DNA of 64,000 bases from a virus, in IMG/VR virus record IMGVR_UViG_3300032156_000001, positions 124,119-188,118 of that record. The stretch is one strand, 5' to 3'. Numbering within the stretch: the stretch's first letter is position 1; each line of letters starts with the position of its first letter. This document shows positions 56,604 through 64,000 of this stretch, piece by piece. The translations under genes were made by a program, and so were the position numbers. The notes beneath the pieces were generated by a model. That model was given only the letters and a program-made list of their open reading frames with translations. It was not told where the DNA came from and ran no database searches.

Positions 56604-57404
56604 ATGCCCATGAATCTCGCGGAGGAGATCGCCCTCATCCTGTCACAGGTGGACTGGGACGTCTCCGAACGGTACGGCATATCGCTCAAGGTGCACGCGC
56701 AGGAGAAGTACATCAGCGGGCGTACGCAGGGCTACCGCCTGTACGTCGAGGCGGAGAACCCGCGGCACATGAGCAGGAAGATCTTCGTTTACCAGCTCAA
56801 GCCGGGGGTGGACGATGAGGGACGGCCGATCACGGAGTTCACGAACGTGGCGTCGCCGGCGGACTTGGAAGAGTACCCGCCGGACAACTCGGTCGGCGTC
56901 AGCAGCCCCTTCTTCAGACTGGCGTATATCGACCTCGTCTTCAGAAATCCCGAGCTGCTTCTTGAGGCGTTTCAGGGGCTCGTCAGCGACGTAGTGGAGC
57001 TGGTCCTCAGCCTCGACTACATGGACGACATCGCCCTGGCCGGCACGATCGACATCGGCAATCCCTCGAAGTCGAGCAGCTCGTCCAGCTCGTCCTCACC
57101 GTCAGTGTCGTCCTCCTCGTCGTCGTGGCCGCACGACAATGTCATGCACGTCCATTTCGCGGACAGTTGCGGCGGCGGGACGGCGTACCTCGGCCGGACG
57201 TTCCGCGCGCGCGGGCAGCGCACGGCGTTCCTGATCCGCGAGACCATCGTGGCGCAGGACATGGACTTCCACCTGCCCGCCGACGAATATGAGGTCTACA
57301 TCGAGGAGGTCCACCCGGATTCGGGCTGCCAGTGGCCGCGGTTGCACCCGACCGTGCCGCCGGCAGTGCCGGTCTATCTGGCGTACGACAGCGGGCCCGC
57401 ATGA
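56604..57404 (+). CDS. Hypothetical (probably virion) protein with a Ser tract
   Basis: GGAGGT SD; globular N-terminal domain, SKSSSSSSSSSPSVSSSSSS linker, small C-terminal beta domain. Confidence 0.6.
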   Translation: MPMNLAEEIALILSQVDWDVSERYGISLKVHAQEKYISGRTQGYRLYVEAENPRHMSRKIFVYQLKPGVDDEGRPITEFTNVASPADLEEYPPDNSVGVSSPFFRLAYIDLVFRNPELLLEAFQGLVSDVVELVLSLDYMDDIALAGTIDIGNPSKSSSSSSSSSPSVSSSSSSWPHDNVMHVHFADSCGGGTAYLGRTFRARGQRTAFLIRETIVAQDMDFHLPADEYEVYIEEVHPDSGCQWPRLHPTVPPAVPVYLAYDSGPA

Positions 57405-57730
57405 GCGTCAACCTTTCCAAGGCCTTGGAAACGCGGGTAGCCGGCGCAAGGACCATCATCCTCACCGACGGCGCGCTGCTGGCTGTGGCGGGGCGTGGCG
57501 ACATCCTCAAGGAGTTCCCGTTCTTCCGCGCCCCCGCCGCCAACGCCGTCCGCACGTGTTGCGGCAGGCGCGCGGACCGCAACCTGCTGGCCACTCATTG
57601 CCGGATCGTGCGGGAGGCGCTCATCCGCCTGCCGGCCGACCGGAAGCAGGTCCTGAAGCGGTTGCTCGGCGCCGGCAAGGTCGTCCTGTTCGTGCGCGGC
57701 GCGCGCGGCGTCGAGCAGCACGAGTTGTAG
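57401..57730 (+). CDS. Small Cys-containing hypothetical protein
   Basis: ATGA overlap with the previous stop; contains palindrome copy 4 in its first codons. Confidence 0.55.
   Translation: MSVNLSKALETRVAGARTIILTDGALLAVAGRGDILKEFPFFRAPAANAVRTCCGRRADRNLLATHCRIVREALIRLPADRKQVLKRLLGAGKVVLFVRGARGVEQHEL
57414..57431. promoter_or_regulatory. 18-bp palindrome TTTCCAAGGCCTTGGAAA, copy 4
   Basis: Exact match; begins 13 nt after the A of the ATG at 57401. Confidence 0.6.
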
Positions 57731-57759
57731 TTGACACTAATCAGCGGCATTGATACTAT
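57731..57759 (+). promoter_or_regulatory. Near-consensus host sigma70 promoter with an extended -10
   Basis: TTGACA-N17-TACTAT with TGn before the -10, followed by a GGAGGAG SD and ATG 57788. Confidence 0.75.
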
Positions 57760-57787
57760 TCGCAAGGACTCTTTTGGAGGAGCGAAC

Positions 57788-58183
57788 ATGCCTGACGACA
57801 ACAATTTCTTCGTGGCGGACAGGAAGGCACCCACGTCGACGGCGCCGGTGCCGCTCAACAAAGTCCCGGAGCCGCCCGTGGCCGGCGAGCCCGTGGCGGC
57901 CGGGCCGAAGGAGCCGACGGATCCGGAGCTGGCCACGTTCCGGGTCCACGAGGCGAAGGTGGCCGGCAAGGAGATGTACCTGACCGTGGAGGCCGACAAC
58001 GGCAGCTGGCTGATGAACGTCGACGCGAAGAAGTTCGCGTACGACCAGCGGGCCAAATACCCCGGGTTCCACGACGCGGGCATCGAGTTCTACGGCGGGC
58101 CGACCGCGCACACCGTGCCGGGCAACGGCGGCGAGACCAGGCTCGTGTGGCGCAGGACGTTCAAGCTCACGCAGGGCGTCTGA
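57788..58183 (+). CDS. Hypothetical protein
   Basis: GGAGGAG SD; codon bias. Confidence 0.65.
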   Translation: MPDDNNFFVADRKAPTSTAPVPLNKVPEPPVAGEPVAAGPKEPTDPELATFRVHEAKVAGKEMYLTVEADNGSWLMNVDAKKFAYDQRAKYPGFHDAGIEFYGGPTAHTVPGNGGETRLVWRRTFKLTQGV

Positions 58184-58680
58184 TGCACTACGACCCGAAG
58201 CGCATCGCAGAGCACCTTGGCGTGCCGGAGGACCGCCTCCGGTACGCCCGCTCCGTCGTCCTGCGCAGGGACGCCGCGAAGCCGATCGAGGAACCGGAGC
58301 TGCTCCTTCTCCTGCTGTACGACCTCCTGACCCGGTACATGCCCGTCGATCGCGCCAACACGGCCATGATGTGGTTGGGCGGCTGCCTGGACGGATACGC
58401 CGCCGAGCTGCCCGCGATGCTGGACACGAAGGAGGTCAAGCTCCTCGTCGTGCAGGTCTTCGATTCCAGGTTCATCGGGTTGGGGCCGATGCGCGATAAC
58501 GTGTACGACCTCACAGAATTCCGGGAAGTGCCGAAGGCTCCAATGCCCGCGACGAGCCTTGCGATTGTCCTGCCTGAGCTCTTTCGACGCTTTCTCGAAG
58601 CCGAAGGAGGACTTCCCGGTTCCCGTAGCGAAGGGGAAGGTCCGCCAGGATCCGAGCCGTCTGCTCCAGCCGCGCCATGA
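58183..58680 (+). CDS. Protein with an N-terminal MerR/excisionase-like HTH
   Basis: YDPKRIAEHLGVPEDRLRY; TGATG coupling. Confidence 0.5.
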   Translation: MHYDPKRIAEHLGVPEDRLRYARSVVLRRDAAKPIEEPELLLLLLYDLLTRYMPVDRANTAMMWLGGCLDGYAAELPAMLDTKEVKLLVVQVFDSRFIGLGPMRDNVYDLTEFREVPKAPMPATSLAIVLPELFRRFLEAEGGLPGSRSEGEGPPGSEPSAPAAP

Positions 58681-59245
58681 TGTCCTGGTTGAGCTCCCGT
58701 TCCTTCTCCGCCTGCGTCTTCCAATAGGCCTGGATGTCGCCCCCCTGGTCCGTCATGGCGTCGTTGATGGTCATGTCCTGCGCGTCCTGCCACGGCCCCG
58801 TGATCCGCTGGAGCATCGCGGGCGCCTTGTTCCAGCCCTCCAGCTTCAGCCGCTCCCTCGCGTAGTCGGCGATGTCCTGGGCGAACTTGTCGGGCGCCTC
58901 GTCGAGCAGATGGGTCTCTGTGACGGCCCAGCACATCTCGTGGATGCTGGGGAAGTCGCTGTGCTGCGGGTCAGCACCTCTACCGTACAGGGCGGTGCAT
59001 ACCGCCACGAAGGCGTCCAGGCTGGCGAAGAACTGGTTGGTGGTCAGCACGGTGGCCAGCGCGTTGATCTTGTCGCAGGCCTCCCGCGGCGGCTTGGCCC
59101 GCCACGTCGCCTCTATCTCCATCCACAGCGTTTCCGGCTCCCACTCCAGGCACTCGGTGCCGAACTCGTCGATGAGCGCCATGACGAGCGCCGTGCCGGG
59201 GACCTCGGGGTCGGAGAAGAGCGAGCGCAGCCGTTCGTCAGCCAT
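58511..59245 (-). CDS. Helical hypothetical protein
   Basis: ATG at 59245 with a GGAGG SD; GC3 bias on the minus strand. Confidence 0.65.
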   Translation of the reverse strand: MADERLRSLFSDPEVPGTALVMALIDEFGTECLEWEPETLWMEIEATWRAKPPREACDKINALATVLTTNQFFASLDAFVAVCTALYGRGADPQHSDFPSIHEMCWAVTETHLLDEAPDKFAQDIADYARERLKLEGWNKAPAMLQRITGPWQDAQDMTINDAMTDQGGDIQAYWKTQAEKERELNQDIMARLEQTARILADLPLRYGNREVLLRLRESVERAQAGQSQGSSRALEPSALPGIL

Positions 59246-59267
59246 CTGAGGGCCTCCGTTCCCGTGC

Positions 59268-59296
59268 ATGGTATCCTGTGCGGTCCCCCTCGGCAA
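59268..59296 (-). promoter_or_regulatory. Host sigma70-like promoter for 58511..59245
   Basis: Minus strand TTGCCG-N17-TACCAT, just downstream of a terminator. Confidence 0.5.
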
Positions 59297-59305
59297 CGGA
59301 TAGCT

Positions 59306-59334
59306 AAAAAAACCGCGCCGTCTCTGGCGCGGTT
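59306..59334 (-). terminator. Rho-independent terminator of 59349..60044
   Basis: Minus strand AACCGCGCC-AGAGAC-GGCGCGGTT followed by TTTTT. Confidence 0.8.
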
Positions 59335-59348
59335 GCCACCACGAGGCA

Positions 59349-60044
59349 CTAACGGAGGTGCAGGTTCAGCGTACCTTCGCTGGCGTCGGGAAAGTTGACG
59401 AGAATGGTCCACTCTTCTTTGTTGTCCGCTTTCAAGATCGCCTGGTCGGGCATGACCGCCTTGCCGAATATGTTCGATGACAGCTTTCGCTTGCCGGTCA
59501 TGGTTTTGGTCAAGTTGATCTTGATCCGCTGCGACGTGTTGCCGTTCCATTCCAGCTGTTTTCTCCCGCCCGGGCCCACCAGCTGAAAGCTGACGCGTTC
59601 GGGTTTGGGCCCCCGTTGGCTCTCGAACCAGACACCCTGCTTCGTGATATGGATCGTGTACATCCCGGCGGCCGGACAGGACATGCTGAGGTCGTCCACT
59701 GGCCTGCCCATGTTGATTTCATCGCCCTCTTTCTCATCCTTCGGATCTGCCTTAGGTTCGGCCTTCGCTTCCTTCATGGAACCCGCGACGGCTTTCCGTT
59801 CGATAGCGATCTCCCGCAGCTCGTCCTCATCCTTAGTCGCCTTCGCGACGGCGTCCAGCTTCTTGATGTAGGCGGCCTTGGCCGCGTCCACCTTCTTGGC
59901 GGCGTCGTCGTAAGCCGCCGTGACGGCGCCCTCGAACTCCGCCTTGGCGGCTGTCGCCGCGGCGGACTTCATCCTTCCGCGGTCCTCGCCGGCGAATGCG
60001 CTGGCCGCCAGCACGAGCACGATGTAGAACATTGCCTTTCGCAT
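59349..60044 (-). CDS. Secreted/periplasmic protein with a Sec signal peptide (moron-like)
   Basis: MRKAMFYIVLVLAASAFAG (n/h/c regions, AFA cleavage); AAGGAGG SD; own terminator; different codon usage. Confidence 0.7.
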   Translation of the reverse strand: MRKAMFYIVLVLAASAFAGEDRGRMKSAAATAAKAEFEGAVTAAYDDAAKKVDAAKAAYIKKLDAVAKATKDEDELREIAIERKAVAGSMKEAKAEPKADPKDEKEGDEINMGRPVDDLSMSCPAAGMYTIHITKQGVWFESQRGPKPERVSFQLVGPGGRKQLEWNGNTSQRIKINLTKTMTGKRKLSSNIFGKAVMPDQAILKADNKEEWTILVNFPDASEGTLNLHLR

Positions 60045-60144
60045 GGCATCCTCCTTTCCCGAGTGGCGGTCATTCCGCCCCGATTTTCGGCGACAGCACG
60101 GCTGTCGTCATCTCAAGATATGATACCGCGAATCGGGGGCTATT

Positions 60145-60399
60145 TTAGGGGGGCGGCGACGATGAGGAGGAACTGGATCCCGACGGTCGATCGCCCTTGA
60201 TCTGTGCGGCCCAGGCGTCGATGGCCGAGTCGTCCATGCTGAGGGCTATTCTGGACCGGCTCAGCTGCTGCATCGCCTGCGCGAGCAGCGCCTTGACGAG
60301 GGCGGCTTCCGTCTTGCCGTGCTGGTCGCAGTCGAACTCGACGGTCACGGAGCCGCGCTTGGTCTCGTCGTCGTAGAACCAGTTAACCGTTTCGGCCAC
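60145..60399 (-). CDS. Small hypothetical protein with a Ser/Pro tail
   Basis: GAGGA SD and GTG start; ends SGSSSSSSPPP. Confidence 0.55.
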   Translation of the reverse strand: MAETVNWFYDDETKRGSVTVEFDCDQHGKTEAALVKALLAQAMQQLSRSRIALSMDDSAIDAWAAQIKGDRPSGSSSSSSSPPP

Positions 60400-60409
60400 G
60401 GTGTCCTCG

Positions 60410-61690
60410 TCAGATGGTCAGGCCGGCCGGGGTTTGGATCGGCTGGCTGCCGTCGTCCTGGGAGAAATCGGCGACCTTGTAACCGCGGTCCTTCAGGTAC
60501 TTGGCCCACTTCTCCCTGTCGAAGTCGGCGGCGTCGAAGCTGACGCCCGCCCGCTTCTCTATCTCGCCGAGGGCCTGCTCGACCAGGGCGGCGTCGTCGC
60601 GCGGCAGGGACTGGACGACGGCGGCGAACTTCACCGGGTCGACGTCGATGCCGTCGCCCTGCACCGACTTCGTGAACTCCTCGCCCAGGAGCGCCGCGAA
60701 CTTGCTCATGGGCAGGCTGAGCAGCGCCTCCAGGGGGACCACCTTGCCGGTCTGCAGCCGGACGTAGCCGGCCATCACGGCTGCGGCCTCCTTGGTCAGC
60801 ACCTGGTAGCAGACCTCCTCGGGCATGTCGACGCCGTCGTGGTAATGCCTATCGATGCCGGCGGCGCGGTCGGCCGCGTCGAGCAGCGCGGCGAGCTTCA
60901 CGGCGTTCTCGCCGTCCAGCACGTCCAGCTTGCTGACCGTTATGGCCACTTCGGCCAGCTTGTTCCGCATCGCCTCGTTCCCGCCGCACAGGATGGCGCG
61001 CTGGGCGATCTTCTCCGCCGCCCAGCGGGGGTGCGTCGCGCCCAGGCCGGCCGCTTTCTCCATGTACGCCAGCGCCGCGGGCTCGAACTGGTAGATGCCG
61101 AAGCGCGTGCCGGGGAATTCCACGCTGCCCTTCTTGGCCATCTCGTCGAACTTCATGGCTGCCTTCAGGATGTTCCTGGCCGCGGCCCTGCGGAGCGCGT
61201 ACGGGTAGCTGGCGCGGTTCGCGTACAGGAACTCGCTGGCCGCCTTGACCGATGACGGGCTGGTCAGCGGCATCCTGCGGATCTTCTTGCCGTCCATCTC
61301 GGCCACGAGCGCGTAGGCGTCGTCGGGCAGCTCGGGCGCGCCGTAGCCGGCCACCTTGCGCCAGGCGGCGTCGAACTGGTCGAGCAGGCCGCGGATGCCG
61401 AAGTGGTTGGCGAACTTGTGGAGCCGCGCCTTGACGGTCTCGGCCTCCTTGCCGGCGTACGAGTCCCTGCACTGGTTGAAGTAGGCGTTGCTGAGCCAGG
61501 TGGCCGCCTTGGTGTGGCAGGGGAACTTGCGCCGCACCGCGTCGGCGAACGTCGAGGCGGGCAGCTCGCCGACCTTCTTCGGGTCGTCCAGAACCGCCTC
61601 CTTGACAAACTGGGGGGTTCCCACCAGTTTATCAATGGAGTACAATTTCTGGTGGTTGACGTCGTCAACGTGATCGGCGGGGGCGCCCAT
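60410..61690 (-). CDS. Hypothetical protein rich in K-x-A motifs (possible head protein)
   Basis: GAGGAGGAGG SD; strong GC3 bias; FADAVRRKFPCHTKAATWLSNAYF segment. Confidence 0.7.
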   Translation of the reverse strand: MGAPADHVDDVNHQKLYSIDKLVGTPQFVKEAVLDDPKKVGELPASTFADAVRRKFPCHTKAATWLSNAYFNQCRDSYAGKEAETVKARLHKFANHFGIRGLLDQFDAAWRKVAGYGAPELPDDAYALVAEMDGKKIRRMPLTSPSSVKAASEFLYANRASYPYALRRAAARNILKAAMKFDEMAKKGSVEFPGTRFGIYQFEPAALAYMEKAAGLGATHPRWAAEKIAQRAILCGGNEAMRNKLAEVAITVSKLDVLDGENAVKLAALLDAADRAAGIDRHYHDGVDMPEEVCYQVLTKEAAAVMAGYVRLQTGKVVPLEALLSLPMSKFAALLGEEFTKSVQGDGIDVDPVKFAAVVQSLPRDDAALVEQALGEIEKRAGVSFDAADFDREKWAKYLKDRGYKVADFSQDDGSQPIQTPAGLTI

Positions 61691-64000
61691 GCCCAGTCCT
61701 CCTCCTCGTGATGCAGGCCAGTACCTCGACTACGTAGGTATCCTAGCCTCCGTGGGAGTAAGCGTCAAGGACGTGGTCCCGACGGTCACGTCGTGCCCGC
61801 TCTGCAACCAGGACGGGCTGGCGATCTACCTGGACCCGATCAGCGGCGGGCACAACAGGTGGCTGCGCTGCCCGAAGTGCGGTTTCGCCGGCGACGTGGC
61901 CGACCTGCTGGAGCGGGTCTACGACGTGGACGACCTGCGTGCCGCCCTCCGCATGGCCGTCGACCGCGGCCATTGCACGGCGCCCGATACGGAGAAGGAC
62001 GCCGAGGAAATCTACAACGTCCTCATCACGGCGCGGAAGTCGCGCCGCGCGGCCGCGGACGCGTGGGAGTGGCTGCGCGCCGGCTGCGACAAGGACATCT
62101 CGCAGGAGGTGCTCGCGCTGCTCCGGCGGGAGAATCTGTGGCCGGGCCTCAAGACCTCCGCGATGAAGCGGTACTTCCAATACCTCGGCGGCGGCACCAA
62201 GACGTACGTGAACAAGATCCTGCCGGAGCTGTCCGCGTCGGGGCCCGTCCTGCTGCCGGCGATAGGCTTTTCGGCGGCGATGGCGCTGAGCTACCAGGAC
62301 GTGCCGGGCCGCATCTGCGCGGTCGAGTTCTTCGGCCCCAGCGGCGAGCGGTTCCTGAAGACGGTCGGCAGGGAGGAGACGGCGGAGGGCGGCCTGGCCA
62401 TGCTGGACGCGCTGGAGCCGTTCGAGAACAGCGTCCTGGCCAGCGGCGACCCCAAGCTGGCGCTCCACCTCCAGCGTCTGCAGGCCATCGACGACGACAG
62501 CCCCGTCAAGGTGGTGGCGTACAACGACAGGACCGCCAAGGCGTGGACGTCCGTGTCCGTGCGCCGGGTGTACTTCCACACGCGCGTCGTCGACCGCTGG
62601 CTGTTCGAGCACGTCAGGCGGGTCGGCTGCGGGCTGATCGCGTCGGAGCCGCGGATCCGCGGCGACGGCGACCTGACGGACGTCATCCGCAAGTACAGCC
62701 TGCCGGAGATAATGGCCGAGATAGAGGGCTCCGCGCGCGACTGGCGGGCCTTCCTGGTGGAGTGGGCGACGGACCCCGCCAACGGCAACGCCGCGCCGCA
62801 GCTGGTGGCCAGGCTCAACCTGTGCGCGCGCGAGCGCAAGGAGGTCCTCAGCCCCGAGCACTGCCCGCTGCATCGCCGGCCCATGATGGAGCAGCTGCTC
62901 GGCGAGGTGTACGCCGTCCAGTCGTTCATAACCAACGGCGCCGTCGTGGTGGAGAACCGCGACGGCTGGTACGCCGACCACAAGACCGGGCTGGAACTGA
63001 TCAGCGACGCCGTCATCCACCCGAAGCAGGAGATCGTCGACGCCGACACCGGCGAGGTGGAATGGCGCGGCGAGGTGATCTTCCGCGGCACGGCGGTGCC
63101 GTTCCAGGCGCCCGTGTCGCAGATAGAGATCAACCCGGTCCGCTGGCTGTCGCAGCTGCTTGCCAATGCCGGGCTGGGCGCGCCGCACGTGCACCCGCGC
63201 TGGCCGTCGTTCATGACGTACATGGCGCGCTGCTCGTCGGCCATCTCCGCCGTCAGCAAGTCGGTGCAGCCGGGCCTGCAGGCCGACGGCAGCCTGGAGT
63301 TCCCGCGCTTCCGCATCGCGGGCGGCAAGGTCTCGCCCAAGGACGGGCCGCCGCCGGACGCCGGCAGGCCGGCCGCGGTCATCCCCGTCCCCGCGCGCCG
63401 CGCGCGGGACGCCCGCGACGAGCCGTCGCCGGAACGCAAGGCGTGGCTGGGCCTCTCCCTGGCGTACCTGCACAACCTGCTGGCGCCGGCGCTCAAGAGC
63501 ACGGCCGCGCCGATCGCCGCGGTGGGCAGCGAGGGCTCCGTGGTGGCCTATACCGTGTCGGCGTTCGCCGAGGCGATAGGGCCGAAGGTGGTGGAGTTCG
63601 CCGCCGGGCATAGGCCCATCCAGATCGCGACGAAGGCCGATTACAGGTACACGATCCTGTTGCGGTACAGCCCGCACGACCACAACCACCACAGATACAA
63701 GCTGCGCCAGGGCGAGAACGCGCTCCTGATGGCCAGCCCCGTCGAGGCGCACGCGCTGGGGACCGAGCTGCCGTGCCTGTATGTGGAGGTGGCCGGCCAG
63801 TCGAAGGGAAGGGTGCGGCTGCCGCCCGTGGACGACCTGATGCTGTATGCACAGGAGTTGCAAAGCAGGGACTACTCGCTGCCGGAGGACAAGGCGCCGC
63901 TGACCGCGTTGGCCCTCGACTTCTGCCACTGGTATGCCTACTACCTGAAGCTGCCCCCGGCCAAGCTGCTGGAGGAGCTGAAGGGCGTCGTGCGGGTGTC
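61689..64000 (+). CDS. Primase-type zinc-finger protein, large, truncated by the window end; not in the ORF track
   Basis: Manual translation is open from 61689 to the end (>770 codons); CPLC...RCPKCGFAGDV zinc ribbon; later ISDAVIHPKQEI..DTGEVEWRGEV segment reminiscent of primase-helicase linkers. Confidence 0.6.
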   Translation, partial: MPSPPPRDAGQYLDYVGILASVGVSVKDVVPTVTSCPLCNQDGLAIYLDPISGGHNRWLRCPKCGFAGDVADLLERVYDVDDLRAALRMAVDRGHCTAPDTEKDAEEIYNVLITARKSRRAAADAWEWLRAGCDKDISQEVLALLRRENLWPGLKTSAMKRYFQYLGGGTKTYVNKILPELSASGPVLLPAIGFSAAMALSYQDVPGRICAVEFFGPSGERFLKTVGREETAEGGLAMLDALEPFENSVLASGDPKLALHLQRLQAIDDDSPVKVVAYNDRTAKAWTSVSVRRVYFHTRVVDRWLFEHVRRVGCGLIASEPRIRGDGDLTDVIRKYSLPEIMAEIEGSARDWRAFLVEWATDPANGNAAPQLVARLNLCARERKEVLSPEHCPLHRRPMMEQLLGEVYAVQSFITNGAVVVENRDGWYADHKTGLELISDAVIHPKQEIVDADTGEVEWRGEVIFRGTAVPFQAPVSQIEINPVRWLSQLLANAGLGAPHVHPRWPSFMTYMARCSSAISAVSKSVQPGLQADGSLEFPRFRIAGGKVSPKDGPPPDAGRPAAVIPVPARRARDARDEPSPERKAWLGLSLAYLHNLLAPALKSTAAPIAAVGSEGSVVAYTVSAFAEAIGPKVVEFAAGHRPIQIATKADYRYTILLRYSPHDHNHHRYKLRQGENALLMASPVEAHALGTELPCLYVEVAGQSKGRVRLPPVDDLMLYAQELQSRDYSLPEDKAPLTALALDFCHWYAYYLKLPPAKLLEELKGVVRV

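Larger units (their letters stand above)
1..64000. mobile_element. Segment of a large myovirus-type phage/prophage genome (head, neck, contractile tail and baseplate modules plus own transcription genes)
   Basis: Co-oriented, tightly coupled CDSs in canonical order: protease, scaffold, decoration, capsid, neck, terminator, sheath, tube, chaperone, baseplate. No host housekeeping cluster seen. Confidence 0.93.

Noticed and set aside
60065-60107. tRNA or tRNA remnant
   Set aside because: Three stems are present, but there is no acceptor stem, TTC T-loop or D-loop consensus.

Overview
The whole 64 kb looks like a gene-dense, high-GC (roughly two-thirds G+C by eye) segment of a large contractile-tailed dsDNA phage or prophage. 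No host housekeeping context, rRNA, tRNA or CRISPR array was seen. The + strand from 18 to 58680 runs in this order: putative head-internal proteins, the C-terminal half of a split RNA polymerase beta-prime subunit, prohead protease, scaffold-like protein, two duplicated decoration-like proteins, major capsid protein, accessory virion proteins, neck, tail terminator, sheath, tube, spike-like protein, tail chaperone with a -1 frameshift (the extension is absent from the ORF track), a short tape-measure candidate, baseplate genes with an embedded sigma70-family gene, five tandem paralogous baseplate/fibre proteins, a Cys-rich tail-tip module and two glycosyltransferase-like genes. A short minus-strand block and a truncated primase-like gene close the window. 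The most notable observations are: (1) a phage-encoded split beta-prime plus sigma factor; (2) an identical 18-bp palindrome present four times; (3) a ~75-aa N-terminal module reused on four proteins with different cargo domains; (4) Ser-rich tracts in about 13 proteins next to phage glycosyltransferases, a candidate virion O-glycosylation system; (5) a HiPIP-like 4-Cys motif in a large head-region protein. All product calls come from motif recognition and gene order, not from database searches.
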